A DNA stretch of 63,764 nucleotides, the filler included, from Licmophora abbreviata (taxonomy: Eukaryota): the NCBI GenBank assembly GCA_900291995.1. It is 9 parts of 9 records of this genome, joined end to end, with 100 filler letters (N's around TTAATTAATTAA, not from the genome) between each part and the next. Parts side by side here need not be neighbours in the genome. Positions count along the whole stretch, not along the records: positions 11,134 to 25,469 come from OLMU01001209.1; 8 more parts are not named here. One strand, written 5' to 3'. Within the stretch, counting starts at the first letter, position 1, and every line of letters starts with the position of its first letter. Positions 12,269 through 21,810 of this stretch are shown here, one piece after another. Made by a program: the position numbers and the translations under genes. A model generated the notes under the pieces. The model saw nothing but the letters and a program-made list of their open reading frames with translations. It was not told the origin of the DNA and did not search any database.

Positions 12269-13281
12269 ATGACGACAGAAGGGGAGAGCCTGGAGAAGAC
12301 GCTTTCACCTCGGCGTGGAGGGGTGGACGAGCAGCTGAAGCAAAGCGGCTTCCGTATTCCCACCAGAGTCGACGAGCAACGATTTGTGCATGGTACACAC
12401 GGAGAAACTTCTTGGCAGGCCAGGGTTCTCGCATTCCTGCATCAGAAGTGGGTACAGCATTCTCTATTAGCTTTACTCGTCTTGGATGTATTGATCCTCT
12501 TTACAGAGCTCTTTCTTTCGGCGCTGGTAAGCTTTGACGGTCGAGCGAAGTGGGCTGTCGTACCGATATACTGATGCCGTTATGCACCCGGAACTTCTCA
12601 CTCACTCGAATCTTCCCTCTCGTCTCTGATACACAGTACCCTATCTGCGACTTGGTAGTGCGAGATGCAATCTCCTGTTGTCCCCCACCTGAGGACGTTC
12701 GGTGGCTGGCCTCGGATGAGCCCTTGTGTGAGGTGCCCCTGGTGGATACAGACTATGAGGCAGCCTGCGACGACCACAAGTGGCACACAGTACATGCCAT
12801 CGAGGAGGTTTTCTTCATCTTGACGTTCATCATTCTTTCGACATTCATGCTAGAGCTGACGCTGTACATGGCAGCGTTGGGCTCCTCCTTCTTCCATCAC
12901 TTCTTTTACGTACTGGACCTCATCGTCGTTTCGCTGGGTTTGGCTTTCGAAATTGTGTTTCATGTTGTTCATAGGGACGACCTAGCAGCGTATACCGGAT
13001 TGATTGTCATTTCACGATGCTGGAGGTTCGTCAGGATTGGGCATGGTCTTATGGAAGTAACAGCTGAGCTCGTCACGGAAAGATATGAAAAGGTAGTCCA
13101 GCTGGCAGAAGAGCTGGAAAAGGCGTTGGAGGAACACGAACGGAAGACGGGGCATGACACCTCTGCCATCAATGGCAATGGGGAGTCTGCGTCGGGGTAT
13201 GAGTCAGAGAGCTTGAGAGAGATTCAGCGGAAGAACAAGGCCCTGATAGAGGCCATCCAAAAAGCCAGTCCTGACGAATAG
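12269..13281 (+). CDS. HVCN1: Voltage-gated proton channel Hv1 (exons 12269-12526, 12637-13281)
   Basis: S1 selectivity Asp in LLVLDVLILFTE; S4 RxWRxxR signature SRCWRFVRIGHG; four TM helices; C-terminal coiled coil. GTAAGC...CACAG intron 12527-12636 restores the frame. Confidence 0.9.
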
Positions 13282-13754
13282 CTCATTGCGCCTCTAGACT
13301 AAATCCAGTGAACGACCTTCATTTTCCGTGTTTCAAAAGGAAAGGGACCAACGCTCGGAAAAAGAAAGACTCGACGATACCCAATGTAGTGAGTAAGACC
13401 GTGCTTATTGCTCTGGACGGGTGTCAATCGACTATTCTTATATCAAGGTCGATGACGGCTGAATGACCAGAAGGCAAGAGCGTCGGTCAGGAGAACGAAT
13501 CTTATCGGCCCTCACATTTCGACAAGCCTTGTTGCCAAGCTTGTCTCGTTTACGCCTCATGCATATTGGTTGTAGGACAAATTCGTCCCAATCACGAAGG
13601 TTTTACATGACAAGAACTACATCTAGGTAACCAAGTGGTCAAAAACAACATCTCGTTCATAACGCTCGGTGCTCTCGTCAATAAATGACAGAAAGCTGAA
13701 TCAATCTGGAGGTCTTCTGTCGCGTCTGAGCTCTCTTCACCTTTTGCTCGCCAG

Positions 13755-15548
13755 CTAGCCTTCCTTCTCTTCCTCATAGTAGAACTCTGAATCCAGCTGG
13801 AAAGCCTTCTGCGGCGTTTGGGCTTTCATCATCTCCATCTTTTGCCTCCTCTTATCCTCCCCAAATGCGAATCTGTTCTGTTCAGCAGTGCGGTCGATGT
13901 CCAGTCCATCCATAACCTCTTGCACGTCACAATCCTCCCCTGTATAAGAAGATTCCCACATGGGCACCCAATACTCTTGCATGATCTTCTTCGTCTGTTC
14001 TTCATGATCTACCACGACGCCCCACTCCGAAAGATCACAGATGTAAACGTTTTGACTCCCTATAAAGTGAGCAGCAACGTTAGCGTTGGATTCTTGTGAG
14101 AGCGAGAAACATACATGCACTTGGAACTTGCCTATGTACGTAGCGACGTCGTCCACAATAAAATGTTTGGCATGCATGCCCAACGTGGTACCGTCCTTCC
14201 AAGCATTCCCGTTCTTATGGCGAATAAAGCAGACTCGAAGATTTTCCGCCACCTTTTGTCGCAAATGTGCATCATCTGCATCGGGAAACTGCTCTCGAAT
14301 CGTCTTGATGATTTCGGCGGCCACATCGACACATGACCACCCGTTCCCATAACACGCTTCCGTTGCTGCAAGACCACCGGGTATGCTACCAGGATTGCTC
14401 AACGCAATCTCCACGTCCACACCCTTGGTCCAAATCACACGACCCAAAGCCGATAAGTAGACCTTGGGCCAGACACAGCCCGGTAATGTAATTTTGGTTC
14501 CAGGAATACAGACTGGTCCAAGATCTTGCAACGCCATACGAATAATCGTCTTGGCCGAATCCAGCATCGCCGTAAAAGCATCATCTGAGGGCCGCTGCCC
14601 AAAGGGTGTAATCGTTCCATAACGTCCCATACTTATCATGGGCACTTCATTCTCGAGAGGATCCCGCATTGGCACATGTTTCTTGCGGTACCGAGGGGGG
14701 AACTCCAAGGCCTGTCCTTCGGGGAATTCTGAAACTGTCACGCGCGACTTGGCCACCATGGGTAGATGATCCGGAAGTTTATCAATGCACTGCCCAAGAC
14801 ACGTACTTTGGATGCCTTCCAAGAAGTCCCACTGCTCATTTGCAAACAAGTGTGCATCGTGAGAAACTCGGCCTGCAAGCTCGAAGGAGAGATCGTGGAC
14901 GGGATTGTGGATGCAGTAGTGCTTGTACCACAGATTATGCCCGCCGGTATGGAGGTACTGTCCGTCGACGGCAATGATCTTGGCGTGATTCCACGAGACA
15001 CCCTTGCGCCAAGCTCCGACCCACAAGTGGATGGATCCATTGCGTGGGACGCCGTCGACCAATGCTCGAATGACGGCGGTACAATTCACTGGCATACCGA
15101 TGATATTTCCAAACATCATTCGAATAACAACAGGCTTCTTCTTGCTGCTGCTACCGGTGGCGTTAGTGGACTCCCATTTTGCAGCAATATTCTTCAAAGC
15201 CTGATTAAACTGTTCGAGAAACATGCCGTCCGGAGGACCGAGACTCATGACATCGCACCAGATTTCTGTGCGACTCATGATTTCGCACAGTTTTTCTGGA
15301 AACCAGTCGTCATGTTGCTCCGGTGGGTCGCTGTCGCTTTTCCAAGCAAAAGACGGAGCAGGAGTTTGATCGACTTCCCCCACAACGAGGCCTGAAGTGA
15401 CATTCCACAGAGTGTGGTGGTGACGATTGTGCCTTTTCCGAAGCGTTTCGTATGCAGCAGTGCCGACGTGAGAGAGATTAACGGCGTCATCGTCTTCCAC
15501 TTCGTCTCCCGAACTTTCGTAATCATATCCACAACAGCAGCACGCCAT
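13755..15548 (-). CDS. Phospholipase D with two HKD motifs (Streptomyces/oomycete PLD-like type); intron 14060-14131
   Basis: WNHAKIIAVDG...TGGHN and GMHAKHFIVDDVATYIG|SQN. Likely start MACCCCG at 15548. Confidence 0.9.
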   Translation of the reverse strand: MACCCCGYDYESSGDEVEDDDAVNLSHVGTAAYETLRKRHNRHHHTLWNVTSGLVVGEVDQTPAPSFAWKSDSDPPEQHDDWFPEKLCEIMSRTEIWCDVMSLGPPDGMFLEQFNQALKNIAAKWESTNATGSSSKKKPVVIRMMFGNIIGMPVNCTAVIRALVDGVPRNGSIHLWVGAWRKGVSWNHAKIIAVDGQYLHTGGHNLWYKHYCIHNPVHDLSFELAGRVSHDAHLFANEQWDFLEGIQSTCLGQCIDKLPDHLPMVAKSRVTVSEFPEGQALEFPPRYRKKHVPMRDPLENEVPMISMGRYGTITPFGQRPSDDAFTAMLDSAKTIIRMALQDLGPVCIPGTKITLPGCVWPKVYLSALGRVIWTKGVDVEIALSNPGSIPGGLAATEACYGNGWSCVDVAAEIIKTIREQFPDADDAHLRQKVAENLRVCFIRHKNGNAWKDGTTLGMHAKHFIVDDVATYIGKFQVHVCFSLSQESNANVAAHFIGSQNVYICDLSEWGVVVDHEEQTKKIMQEYWVPMWESSYTGEDCDVQEVMDGLDIDRTAEQNRFAFGEDKRRQKMEMMKAQTPQKAFQLDSEFYYEEEKEG

Positions 15549-15757
15549 GATTGTAGACGATGATGCTATTGAGACAACGACAAGAGTCTGCACCCAGGGA
15601 GTGATCAGCGATGACCAAGAGACCCAGACAAAGCAATAAATGAAGTCTAACTTCGAACTCGCTGTGAACTGCAGTTCAACGCGCGGAGAAGTGAGGAACT
15701 GCAAAAGACACCGATCGCCAAACTGAGAGGCGGGCTCGCCCGGGCTGGCGCGCAAAC

Positions 15758-15769
15758 TTTCCCGCCAAA
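15758..15769 (+). promoter_or_regulatory. E2F-like site TTTCCCGCCAAA upstream of PLD
   Basis: Matches the TTTSSCGC consensus about 210 nt upstream of the PLD start. TGGCGCGCAAA lies adjacent, and the same 12-mer recurs inverted at 60019-60030. Confidence 0.35.
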
Positions 15770-16103
15770 TTTAGTGCGGGCGCGAAGGAATGTGCGCGAG
15801 ACAAGAACTGGTATCATATCTCAGCGTATCACGATTCAGAGTTTGCCTGTCCGTGACGCTATTGATGCAAACGGCTCAGGCAAGAAGGATGGTACCAGTA
15901 AGAAGATGACTGGTAAATTGCTGCCTTGAGGAGACAAAGCCCCTCGCACTGCCAGCATAACGACTACATTTTGAGGATTTCCAGTCAATCTAGTACTCGC
16001 CTGCTGTTTATATTTTGTAATTTACAGGCGATTTCCTTTCGAGGAATTTCTACATTACTGCTGTTTTCAAGGCCACGAGAACATACCGGTACCTTAGAGC
16101 TTA

Positions 16104-17072
16104 TCAGTCAGACCCTGGACTTGTTAAAGATTTGCTGTAAAAACTGAACCCCAGAAATCTATTGGCAGGCTTTCCTTCTGGATAGCGCCCGTAGGAGAAG
16201 TGCTCGTCACCAAAGAACAGACGATCGCCTTTCTGCCATCCGTGGCCTTGCAGTCGTTCGTCTAGCTCGTCTACGGTTGGTCCCTGCGGTGCATTCGTGG
16301 AGAAATTGAGAATCAGACACGAACCTTTGCTCGAAAGTAGAGACAATTCGTCCATGAGTTGCTCGACCGCAGAGCGTTCCAAGTACATAATGAGACCTTC
16401 CAAAATCCAACAAGTTGGAATGACAGACTGAAATCCAGAATCGGCATGTATGCCCGACACCAAATCGGCAATTGAGTCTTTGGAAAAGTCCATAACGATG
16501 GATTTGCGAGGGCAGAATGGCTCGGGTAGCTCTCCATTTTGCTTCAACTTCTCCAAGATGTTCGTCTTGTAGGCAAAAAGCGATACCGTGTCAATTTCAT
16601 AGTACATCGAGGCTTTCTGAAGCACTTCTAGCCAGTAGACACGAGTATCCGCCCCAGCACCTAAATTCAGAACCTGTTGTTTCGTTTCGTCCTTCAGCCA
16701 GGTTGCCAGCTGATCATTGATCAACCGTGTGCGGGCTGCCGTATACATGACATGACCCTCGTATTCAAAGCCAATATCGGCACCCGGTGGATCAAACACA
16801 GCGTGATGCAAGCCAAAGGCGAAGCAGTCACTCAATCGCTTTCCATAGGGTTCCACGAAGTGCTGCGCCAGGCAGTCCTCAAAGAGTTTATCGTCACGTT
16901 GTGACTCGATCCAACGCTCGTAGGCCACCCACATGGCGGTTTTCCCGGCAAAGTCGACTCCATCGTCTCCCACCTTTTGGAGTTCTGCCAATTCGGCTGA
17001 CATGGCTTGTACCTTTTCTTCGTCGGTAGTGAGGCCCTCATAAATCGGGCGATGAATAGTGGAGAACTTCAT
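16104..17072 (-). CDS. SAM-dependent methyltransferase, LCM (leucine carboxyl methyltransferase)-like family
   Basis: RTRLINDQL, QQVLNLGAGADTRVYWL, YYEIDT and WILEGLIMYL motifs. Confidence 0.85.
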   Translation of the reverse strand: MKFSTIHRPIYEGLTTDEEKVQAMSAELAELQKVGDDGVDFAGKTAMWVAYERWIESQRDDKLFEDCLAQHFVEPYGKRLSDCFAFGLHHAVFDPPGADIGFEYEGHVMYTAARTRLINDQLATWLKDETKQQVLNLGAGADTRVYWLEVLQKASMYYEIDTVSLFAYKTNILEKLKQNGELPEPFCPRKSIVMDFSKDSIADLVSGIHADSGFQSVIPTCWILEGLIMYLERSAVEQLMDELSLLSSKGSCLILNFSTNAPQGPTVDELDERLQGHGWQKGDRLFFGDEHFSYGRYPEGKPANRFLGFSFYSKSLTSPGSD

Positions 17073-17390
17073 GCTACTACGAATAAACAGCAAGCTACTT
17101 GCTTGATCTACGTTATATGCGTTCCTCCTTGTGTTGCTTTTCATGGAACGACGAGTTGAAAACGATGTTTTCGCGTTTCGTTTGCAATGACATGACGTGC
17201 TGTACCGTTGTACCTGTATGTGATGGGCGCCGGGGATTTCAGACTGGCGTGCTTCGAAGTCAATGACCACCCTTTTCGTATGCGTCCTATCAAAACTAGT
17301 TAGCATTCATTCAAAAGCAAAATATATTTGTGTCAACACATTCATCTCTCATTTTTACGCTCTCTGTGTGCCCCAAGCGCCCTCCTTACC

Positions 17391-18125
17391 ATGAGCACTT
17401 CATCTCCAACGCCAGCTGCTACTAGTAGCCCGGAAGGTATACCACATTCCTTGACACTCCATATCGCCGTAGGCACCGAGAATCCTTCGAAACTGCGCAG
17501 CGTTCGGAACGCATTCGACCGCGTCCTGAAGAGACACCCGCACACTACTCACTTGCACATTCAAGGTGTGTCTGTAAAGTCAGGTGTACCGCATCAGCCA
17601 TTTGGAGACAAGGAAACCAAGCAGGGTGCCATGAATCGAGCGAAGCATGCGTTTGCAGCGTATGAGCAGAAATTTGATGCCCCACCGCATTTCAGCATTG
17701 GACTGGAGGGTGGACTGGATTTGGATGATGGTGATCGGGAGGATGAAAGGAACGAACTGTGGTGCATGGCTTGGATGGCAGTGTACGGAAAAAGGTCAAA
17801 GGAGATATTGCAATTTACAGCGTCATCCGATTCGTTGCTATTTGAAGAAGGCGGCGCCTTGGGGAATACGATTTGGGGACTCGCAAAGACGGCTTGTTTC
17901 GCGTTGCCTTCCAAGATCGTAGATCTAGTCACGGTGGAGGGTATGGAACTAGGGGATGCGGACGACCAAGTGTTTTCACGTGTCAAGTCCAAGCACGGAT
18001 CGGGGACTATTGGCTTGCTGACCGACGGCTTGATTGACCGATCAGCTTACTATGAACATGCGCTGGTACTGGCACTGATACCTTGGGTTCGACCTGACTT
18101 GTATCCGAAAGGAAGTCGAGTGTAA
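17391..18125 (+). CDS. Non-canonical purine NTPase (inosine/xanthosine triphosphatase), YjjX-like
   Basis: VGTENPSK, SGVPHQPFG..ET..GAMNRA, IGLEGG, ELGDADD, GTIGLLTDGLIDR. Confidence 0.88.
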   Translation: MSTSSPTPAATSSPEGIPHSLTLHIAVGTENPSKLRSVRNAFDRVLKRHPHTTHLHIQGVSVKSGVPHQPFGDKETKQGAMNRAKHAFAAYEQKFDAPPHFSIGLEGGLDLDDGDREDERNELWCMAWMAVYGKRSKEILQFTASSDSLLFEEGGALGNTIWGLAKTACFALPSKIVDLVTVEGMELGDADDQVFSRVKSKHGSGTIGLLTDGLIDRSAYYEHALVLALIPWVRPDLYPKGSRV

Positions 18126-18908
18126 TCTTCTCTCTGGCAGAGTGTTAATGTAACAAGACTTTGATGATGTAGACGCTGACTGACACTTACCGGTTCAAGG
18201 CGCAGCAGTTTCTTATGTCCTCGAAGACGTAAACTTAAAACTGCTCTCTTGTTCCCATTCTTTTCAAATTTTGTTTTGCCTTTGCGAGAGCTCGAGATAG
18301 GGCTAGGGTTATACATACTACGAGGTATGTAAATTTTACACTGGGTCTTGCCATAGTCCGTCCAAGACCAAAAACGCCACCGCCGCCCCCTCTCGGGTTA
18401 CACACACAGTCAGCCAACAGCAAATGTCCTCGAATCTACCGGTCTCACCTCGACGAGGCACTGTCGATCTACCACTTTGTGAACTTCCTGCTGCGAGTTT
18501 CGTTAGACTGTTTTATATTATAGAATATTCATAGCATTCGATTTTTACAGGGTGAGTCGAGTCGAGTCGCATGCTGTGTGGTTCTGAAGACGAGCGCGGA
18601 GTGCACCGATCGGCGACTAGGACACGTCATGGTCACCGTGAATGAATCTTGGGCATGCCAACGCTAAAGGCTGCATTCATGGAGATGGAGCTGGGCATGG
18701 AGGAGAGTTGGCAACACACTGCTGACTAGCCAGCTAGGAGGGTCAGTTGCGCTCGTCGTTGTGGATCGGCTCCACGAGGGTTTCCGTTGGACTGATCGGT
18801 TTTTTTGAATTTTGAACATGGCCGCTAGTTCCCGATGAAAACTTACCCCCTCTTCTGTTATATCGCCAATCCTGACAGCATTGTCACTTCAAAGATAAAG
18901 AAAACAGA

Positions 18909-20219
18909 ATGAGAGTCGGTGGTCGAAGACGGTCCCAGAATGTGGGCGAGCTTTCGGAGGTTCCTCCAACAGCAGTGGATACACCGCCCAGAACAACAGA
19001 GCTTGCTCCTGTCACACCACCGCGCCGGGCCATGTGCGTGCGCGTCGTGTCCTTGGGCGTTGGTCAGTTTGCGGAGGATGGAACTGTCTCGTCGTTTATT
19101 CCTCGACCGCTCCCGGAAAAGTTGTCTGTCAGGACCGCCAACAGTACAAATTCCCTCAGGTCCTTGGACGATGCATCAGTGGTGCTGTTGCTCAAGAGGC
19201 CTCACGAGAATCCACTTGCAAAGTCTATGCCGATGCAGAAGTCACCCCCTATGGTGGATGATCGTCCTCCAGAGCAGCGTTTGAAACGAAGTACCAGCAT
19301 GTATCTTCGCGTCGCCGATTTGGAGTTGTCGCACAAGTCTCTCCACGAGAATCCGAATCCTCACTATCACACCCCGTCGCAAAATCCACCTCCCGGCGTC
19401 GATCACGATCCCCTCGAAAAGTGGGTCGCCTTAGACGACGGCACAGGCTCACACGCTCCCATTGCACCCTATGCGATTGAAGCACTGGCACAGTTTGGCT
19501 TCAAGACAGCCATGGATCGGAACATGTGGGACGCTGAACGCAAGACGGAAAAACTGATAAAGGCAGGAAAGTTTGACGGATGGCATGCCAGTGCTTGGCA
19601 GCAGGAAGGAGAGCTGAAGCTTCCACCAAGAGGTTTTGCAGAAGAAAATGAAGTCATGGTGTGGTCAGGATCGTTTCAGCATGGCTTATATGGAAGTGAC
19701 TTGCCGGCTGTGCGTGCCGCCGGCGTTGTGAACATGAGCGCGAAGGCCTTGTGTGAATTGCTGATTGATAGCACTCGTGTCAAGGAGTACAACAAATTCA
19801 GTCAGGGACGGGAAGACTTGCTCGTACTCCAAGACACTCTACACGAAGACGGTCCGTTCGGAAAAAGTGTCACAAAGGTGATGAAAAGCTCGACCAAACC
19901 GCCGCTGGTGCGCAAAGTAATCCAGCTTGTCAGTATTTTGAATGCCAGAGAACTCGATGACGGGAGTGGATACCTCTTGGTTACACGAGCCGTGACTCAG
20001 GCCAAATCAGAATCGCACCGAGCATTGGATGCCAACATTATGCAAAGCGAAATCATGATGGGCGTTAACGTGTTCCGTACTGTTGCAGGCGACGCAGATC
20101 GATGCCTCATGATTACTGTGAACCATATTCGTCCACCCATGGTGCCCATGATGATTGCAAGAAAGATGGGACTGGCAGCGGCGGCAAATTTCATCAATGA
20201 CATGCGGGCCTTGTGCTAA
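18909..20219 (+). CDS. START/SRPBCC lipid-binding domain protein
   Basis: C-terminal half PAVRAAGVVNMSAKALCELLIDSTRVKEYN...YLLVTRAV...ITVNHI with a terminal helix; low-complexity N-terminus. Confidence 0.7.
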   Translation: MRVGGRRRSQNVGELSEVPPTAVDTPPRTTELAPVTPPRRAMCVRVVSLGVGQFAEDGTVSSFIPRPLPEKLSVRTANSTNSLRSLDDASVVLLLKRPHENPLAKSMPMQKSPPMVDDRPPEQRLKRSTSMYLRVADLELSHKSLHENPNPHYHTPSQNPPPGVDHDPLEKWVALDDGTGSHAPIAPYAIEALAQFGFKTAMDRNMWDAERKTEKLIKAGKFDGWHASAWQQEGELKLPPRGFAEENEVMVWSGSFQHGLYGSDLPAVRAAGVVNMSAKALCELLIDSTRVKEYNKFSQGREDLLVLQDTLHEDGPFGKSVTKVMKSSTKPPLVRKVIQLVSILNARELDDGSGYLLVTRAVTQAKSESHRALDANIMQSEIMMGVNVFRTVAGDADRCLMITVNHIRPPMVPMMIARKMGLAAAANFINDMRALC

Positions 20220-20409
20220 AGATGAATATGATCCACGGACGGGGAACGAGGAGCGTTTTGACGATAGAAATCTTGAATAGAAGGGGATACCAGGTACCCT
20301 CTACAGACAACTACTTAGAACTGTTGTTAACGTCACCTCTAGACGAGGCTTTAGGCTTATATGAGTATATAATTTGTGTTAGAGGTGTGCGGGTTGTTGG
20401 ATGTCGTCT

Positions 20410-21747
20410 TCAGATGGAATGATGTGTGAGAAACTCTGCAGTCTTGTCAACGACGAGCCGGTGTTGTCTGTGCCTTGGCAGGCGGCTGGTGCCATCGTAC
20501 ACTGGGTTGGGTGGGTATGTCGAGAAGCCATCGTGTGTGACACCATTCGCAATCTTGATGTGAGCATATGCGGGAAGGTCTCGAAAGAAGGCTTCCAGTT
20601 GTTCGAGAGAGTATCGGCACATCTGGTCACGAGACCCTTGAACGACCAACGTGGGCAAATCGTGGTGACCGGCTAGCGAGGTACGTTCGTCGGGGAACGG
20701 TCCAGAAGCCCACATGACAAGACAGGCGGGCTTGAGTATAGAGGAAAGTCGCATAGCAGCAAAGGAACCCAGAGAATGCCCTCCGAGACACCACTTTAAC
20801 TTGGATGTAGAGAGGTTGAGGCGTTCTTCAACTTCCCGCATGAGGCGCTGGGCTTCGTGTCGATTCGCCCCCATGGCAGGTTCGGCCATACGAAGTGGTT
20901 CCGCGGATGCAACCACTACAATTAGGTTGCATCTGTCTGCTAGTAAACCCGCTATTTCGCTGTATGCTTCGTGCGGAACCATGGCTCCGGGGTAAAAGAG
21001 CATGGCCGATTCCGGATGAGCAGTGTTGCATGGCAGGTACACATCGGCTCGGTCGAGTCGAAAAGCTTGACCAGAGGCACACCGAGCCTGCAAGGCCCAC
21101 TTTGCATCATCGAGCAATGGCTTTCTAAGATCTGCGTACTCCTTGCACCTTGAGACGACAACACCGAAATCTACGACAGTCTCTCGGGCCGCCTGGATCG
21201 CCCAGGGCGATAGTATCGTGGATGCCAGCAAGCGACCATTCAAGACTGTCTGAAGCAACCCCATAACTACTACCGGAAGTAGTAGTGCCAGAATATGACG
21301 CAGAAAGTTTTCCACCGAAAAGTCTGTGTACGGAGATCGCCCCACCAGCTGGACTAGCCCCCACAGTGTCCCAGGATGCAACCACCGAAGACGATCACGC
21401 AATTCCGAACCTCTCGGACGCTCTTGGGAGTTATCCGACAAGATCGGAGCATGTTCTGCTGTCTGACGAGATTCACGGTCAGTACTGTTCAGCCCTATCG
21501 CTCTCTTGCGAATCTTCTCCAACATTGCTCGGCAACGCAAGATGCTCGTCCTCATCATGGTGGACTGTGAGTTCACATCGAGTATCGCGCGAGGGTCGTC
21601 ATCTTCCCGCGCTCTCAACTCCGGGTCTGTCTGTCGTGCGCTCATGCGCGTTTCCAATCGAACTCGGGTCGGCTTGTGACACGTGGAAGGACGACCGATG
21701 AAGAGGCGGCGGTTCCGCTTTGCTTCAACTTCGTTTGATACAATCAT
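20410..21747 (-). CDS. Alpha/beta hydrolase with N-terminal hydrophobic segments (start uncertain)
   Basis: LFYPGAMVPHEAY, nucleophile elbow GGHSLG, VQGSRD, THDGF. Confidence 0.8.
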   Translation of the reverse strand: MIVSNEVEAKRNRRLFIGRPSTCHKPTRVRLETRMSARQTDPELRAREDDDPRAILDVNSQSTMMRTSILRCRAMLEKIRKRAIGLNSTDRESRQTAEHAPILSDNSQERPRGSELRDRLRWLHPGTLWGLVQLVGRSPYTDFSVENFLRHILALLLPVVVMGLLQTVLNGRLLASTILSPWAIQAARETVVDFGVVVSRCKEYADLRKPLLDDAKWALQARCASGQAFRLDRADVYLPCNTAHPESAMLFYPGAMVPHEAYSEIAGLLADRCNLIVVVASAEPLRMAEPAMGANRHEAQRLMREVEERLNLSTSKLKWCLGGHSLGSFAAMRLSSILKPACLVMWASGPFPDERTSLAGHHDLPTLVVQGSRDQMCRYSLEQLEAFFRDLPAYAHIKIANGVTHDGFSTYPPNPVYDGTSRLPRHRQHRLVVDKTAEFLTHHSI

Positions 21748-21810
21748 GACGATGATGGCAGAGTCGTGAGCAGGTCCTCCTTTCTTGAATCAATCGTCAC
21801 CGTATCCACA

